A stretch of 64,000 bases of DNA from a virus (Duplodnaviria > Heunggongvirae > Uroviricota > Caudoviricetes), in IMG/VR virus record IMGVR_UViG_3300031555_007715. One strand, given 5' to 3'. This document shows, in pieces, positions 60,777-64,000 of the stretch. A program made the position numbers and the translations under genes. Numbering within the stretch: position 1 is the first letter of the stretch; every line of letters begins with the position of its first letter. The notes beneath the pieces are model-generated. The model worked only from the letters and a program-made list of their open reading frames with translations, had not been told where the DNA came from and searched no databases.

Positions 60777-61685
60777 ATGAAAAAGAAATTATTATTAGTT
60801 TTAATGGGAATTTCCATTATCTCGCTAGCGGCATGCGGCAAGGAATCAAAAAATAATGTTGTTTATATTGATGACGAAGTAGTTGTAACACAAGGGGCAG
60901 CTAATGTTGATAAAAATGATTCCAATAAAAGTGAAGAGGGAGCGGACACAACACAAACGCCAAATCAAAATGAGCAGGCAGAAATAACACCCGAAATTCA
61001 AGAACCGCCAGTTATTCCTGATAAGAGTGATGATATTGGAAATAATGAGTTAGGTAATATTACATTGCCAGGAGAATTTGTAGAGGGTGAAGTAACGGAA
61101 GAAGATTTAAGGGTAGAAAAAGAGTTTTCTTTGAAATATATTGAAAAAGATACAAAAACTATTGTTAAGTTCTATGAGGGGGCTTTCTCTCTGGATAATG
61201 TAGAAGAAGTAAAAACATTTATTAATGATTCAATCAAAGATATGGGCTGGGATGATAATAAGCCAGTTATTATGGAATATAGTTTTGCAGATATGGGCTA
61301 TCCAGATGTAAAGGGTAAGTTAATTACTGGTTGTGTTAGAATTTCTGAAAATGATTCTTATGTGCTTCATATTTATTTGTTTGATATTGATAATGAGACT
61401 TATGCCTTTTCTGTAGAAAATAAACTTAGTGTTTATGATGTAGCTATTAATTTAAACTATATTATTCCTTCTTTCTCATTGGATAATAAAGATTTATTGC
61501 CTGATTATGAAAAGGATGAGAATGTTGAAGACGAGAAAACAGAAGAATCTGATGCTATCGAAGATAGAACATCTGCGGATGATGGGGCAAAAGAAGATGA
61601 CGAGAATATTGAATCTGGTGATGAGACAGAAGAGCCAGATACAGATAATGATGAAGAAGCATCTGATGATAAAAAAGATAAATAG
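60777..61685 (+). CDS. lipoprotein with highly acidic C-terminal tail
   Basis: signal peptide with lipobox LAAC; D/E-rich tail. Confidence 0.6.
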   Translation: MKKKLLLVLMGISIISLAACGKESKNNVVYIDDEVVVTQGAANVDKNDSNKSEEGADTTQTPNQNEQAEITPEIQEPPVIPDKSDDIGNNELGNITLPGEFVEGEVTEEDLRVEKEFSLKYIEKDTKTIVKFYEGAFSLDNVEEVKTFINDSIKDMGWDDNKPVIMEYSFADMGYPDVKGKLITGCVRISENDSYVLHIYLFDIDNETYAFSVENKLSVYDVAINLNYIIPSFSLDNKDLLPDYEKDENVEDEKTEESDAIEDRTSADDGAKEDDENIESGDETEEPDTDNDEEASDDKKDK

Positions 61686-61743
61686 TATTAATTCATAGAT
61701 TATATATGCTCATAGCGAATATTTCCTATGAGCATTATTTTTT

Positions 61744-62244
61744 ATGAAAGAAAGGAATTATATGTATGCAAGATTAAGTAAATTAGACGATAAAGAAAAA
61801 ATTGATGAGTTGATGAAATTATGTTTTGGAGAACGAGAAGATTATAAAGTATTTGAGAATTTAAATGGTAGGTATTTATTGGCTTTTGATGATGATAAAC
61901 TTGTTGCTATGACAGGTTTATATTATAATAAAGAATACAATTGGTATGAAATGGATTTGACTTGTACACATCCAGATTATCAACATAAAGGTGTTATGCA
62001 TGAGCTTTTTGCCAGAATTTGTTCATATACTGATGAAGATATATATTGTAGTTGTTGGAGATTAGGTGGAAACGAGCATGTAAATTTGCATTCTTTGATG
62101 AGAGATTTTGGATTTGTTGAAGTTGTAAAAAATCGATTTACATGGAGAAAATCATATAATTGTAATTTGTTTTGTGTTAATTGTAATGGCAATGATTGTA
62201 AATGTTATGAGGATTTATATTTAAGAAGAAAAAAGCATAAATAA
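61744..62244 (+). CDS. GNAT family N-acetyltransferase
   Basis: motif A-like YQHKGVMHELF; terminator at 62247-62275. Confidence 0.5.
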   Translation: MKERNYMYARLSKLDDKEKIDELMKLCFGEREDYKVFENLNGRYLLAFDDDKLVAMTGLYYNKEYNWYEMDLTCTHPDYQHKGVMHELFARICSYTDEDIYCSCWRLGGNEHVNLHSLMRDFGFVEVVKNRFTWRKSYNCNLFCVNCNGNDCKCYEDLYLRRKKHK

Positions 62245-62279
62245 AAAGGACTCTAAAATTTAGGGTCCTTTTGTATTTT

Positions 62280-64000
62280 TTAATTAACAACATTCTCTAG
62301 TTGGTTGAATTCTGACTGCTTGCCTTGAGCTGTGTCGCTTCCTGTTGGTGTTATGTTTACTATATCCTGTTCCGTAGAAGCGATAGAATCTTCTGCTTCT
62401 AAATCTACTGAGCTGGTAATAGTAAAGTTAAACAAACCACTCCATTTACCTGCCGATATAGACGCCATCTTTATTGAACCTGTTTCTGTCTGGAAACCTG
62501 TTTCTTTTACACCTAATGCATATGAGAATTCTGTATTAGTTTGAGTTATTGTTGTTTCTATGTCTGATTTACCTTCTTGTTTCATTAAGAAGTTGTTATC
62601 TGGAGTAACAGTAATAATATCGGTTCCCGATATATTACCTTCTACCTTGATTGTATAAGCTCCAGAACCTTCTTTACCGTCTAATACGACTATCTTAGGA
62701 ATGGTAACAGTAAATGTACTGCTCTGGGTAGCGTATACATCTGCTAGGCCACTTCCTGTTTTTTGTATTCTAAGAGTAGCACTGCCTTCTATAGGAGTAT
62801 AACCTTTTTTAGATACTTGATAATAAACTGTGTGGTCTCCTGCTGTCTTAAATGTAGGAACTTCTTTGAATATATAAGTTTTTGGTTTTACACCATACAT
62901 TACATTTACATTTTTTATTGTAGAAATTAATTCTATTGAGTGCAATTCTTCATTTTGTTCTACCACTTTATCTTCTACTAATATATTTGTACCAACCTCA
63001 AATGGTTTATAAGAGAAATATCTATATACAGTAGCTCCTGATGTATCTACTACTTGTGGTGTTGAACTGTCTTCATATTTGTAATCAATATGATAATCAC
63101 CAACTTCTTTTGATGTACCTAGTGTTTCAGCACTTACTGTTGTACCACAATCTATTGACATTATTTTTGTTGATAATACCTTATTTGAGGCATCTATATC
63201 TACATCTTTGTATAAAACAGGATATTTTTCTGGTATAAATATTCTATATACTGTTGTACCGTTTTCTGATACTGTAGATGTAGTAGAAGATGAGTAGTAA
63301 TAGCCTTCATGGTAAGCGCTAAGAGTTGTTAATGTTCCTTTAGTTTCTCCTGTTACATTGGACTCATATTCTGCCGTCCATGTAGATGTGCCTAATACCT
63401 TACCTGATGTGTTATTTACTACATCTATACAGGTTACTGTATATGATGCTGGTATAAAGTATCTGTAAACTATTGTACCATTATCTTTTACTATTGCTTC
63501 TGTACAGTCTTTATAGATATATCCTGTATAGTATTTACTTACAGTTGTATCAGAACCTATGTCTGAACCTTTTACAGTTTCATTATAGGTTATTTGCTTA
63601 TCTGTTTTTCCTAATTCTTTATTAGCATTAGGATGGTTTATATTATCTACCATGTCTATATAAGTAACTGTTTCTGTATTATAAGTTACTGTATATGTAT
63701 ATGTAGTTGAAGCTGCTTTATAGTTTCTTGTCTCATCTGAGGTAACTGTTATTGTAGCTGTACCTTTACCACCAGCGTTTGTGATGGTTACTGTGTTTCC
63801 ACTAATACTTACAGTTGCCACAGAAGTGTTAGATGAACTTACTTTTAATGTACCATTACCTTCGTTTGTTTTAATAGTAAAGGTATGTGTGTTTGTATTT
63901 GGATATTCTGTACTACCAGAAGTTGCTGATAAAGTAAGTGTATTATTCTTTTGAGTAATAGTTACTGTTGTGCTTCCAGTGATAGTTGTATATCCTGTTT
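62280..64000 (-). CDS. large secreted surface protein (partial, continues past the window end): C-terminal shared approximately 110-aa domain, upstream T/S/Y-rich beta repeats
   Basis: C-terminus homologous to 37778-38434; the open frame continues to position 64000. Confidence 0.55.
   Translation of the reverse strand, partial: TGYTTITGSTTVTITQKNNTLTLSATSGSTEYPNTNTHTFTIKTNEGNGTLKVSSSNTSVATVSISGNTVTITNAGGKGTATITVTSDETRNYKAASTTYTYTVTYNTETVTYIDMVDNINHPNANKELGKTDKQITYNETVKGSDIGSDTTVSKYYTGYIYKDCTEAIVKDNGTIVYRYFIPASYTVTCIDVVNNTSGKVLGTSTWTAEYESNVTGETKGTLTTLSAYHEGYYYSSSTTSTVSENGTTVYRIFIPEKYPVLYKDVDIDASNKVLSTKIMSIDCGTTVSAETLGTSKEVGDYHIDYKYEDSSTPQVVDTSGATVYRYFSYKPFEVGTNILVEDKVVEQNEELHSIELISTIKNVNVMYGVKPKTYIFKEVPTFKTAGDHTVYYQVSKKGYTPIEGSATLRIQKTGSGLADVYATQSSTFTVTIPKIVVLDGKEGSGAYTIKVEGNISGTDIITVTPDNNFLMKQEGKSDIETTITQTNTEFSYALGVKETGFQTETGSIKMASISAGKWSGLFNFTITSSVDLEAEDSIASTEQDIVNITPTGSDTAQGKQSEFNQLENVVN

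Noticed and set aside
1-64000. Stop-codon recoding (alternative genetic code), suggested by the suppressor-like tRNA oddities
   Set aside because: Long ORFs of 500-740 aa are intact under the standard code and intergenic gaps are short. No anticodon CUA, UCA or UUA tRNA could be folded.

Overview
AT-rich (about 28-30% GC), densely packed window. It looks like an accessory or early-gene region of a large phage or phage-like mobile element of a low-GC Firmicute. The host assignment is inferred from GGAGG-type Shine-Dalgarno sites, TTGACA-N17-TATAAT/TATACT promoters and AAA/AUA-rich codon usage. No capsid, portal, terminase or tail genes are recognisable here. The recognisable content is auxiliary-metabolism, repair and counter-defence functions: a tRNA array (1.26-2.65 kb) with 4-5 readable tRNAs (Phe-GAA, Gln-UUG, Ile-UAU, Lys-UUU, plus one more whose anticodon region I could not resolve) and several non-canonical tRNA-like bodies; RtcB RNA ligase; SmpB; a PnuC plus NadR-like (NMN adenylyltransferase/NR kinase) NAD+ salvage pair; thymidylate synthase plus dihydrofolate reductase; two radical-SAM enzymes; a DEDDh exonuclease; an HhH-GPD (Ogg-like) glycosylase; an HD-GYP phosphodiesterase; an HflK/HflC-like SPFH pair; a lambda-phosphatase-like PPP phosphatase and two further calcineurin-like metallophosphoesterases plus a PHP phosphoesterase; an MgtC-family membrane protein; a GNAT; Smr and SLOG-family proteins; and several secreted, lipoprotein and small membrane proteins. 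The most striking feature is a family of four large (592-743 aa) diverged paralogs with an N-terminal zinc ribbon and a C-terminal PcfJ-like motif ([M/Q]-H-x-C-V-G-[G/S]-Y ... C-x-[IV]-[IV]-F-[FIM]-[IL] ... E-C/C-I-E-L) scattered through 30-56.5 kb. Further points of interest: a duplicated promoter-leader module in front of the tRNA genes; a conserved ACGAAGGAGG translation-initiation leader on 12 genes plus one orphan copy inside a putative terminator-bounded small RNA; an iteron-like direct-repeat element; a structured approximately 360-nt noncoding tail; and three secreted proteins sharing one approximately 110-aa domain. The ORF track uses alternative starts printed as M, so several starts were re-set by hand from RBS spacing. 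All product calls come from motif recognition by eye; nothing was searched against a database.
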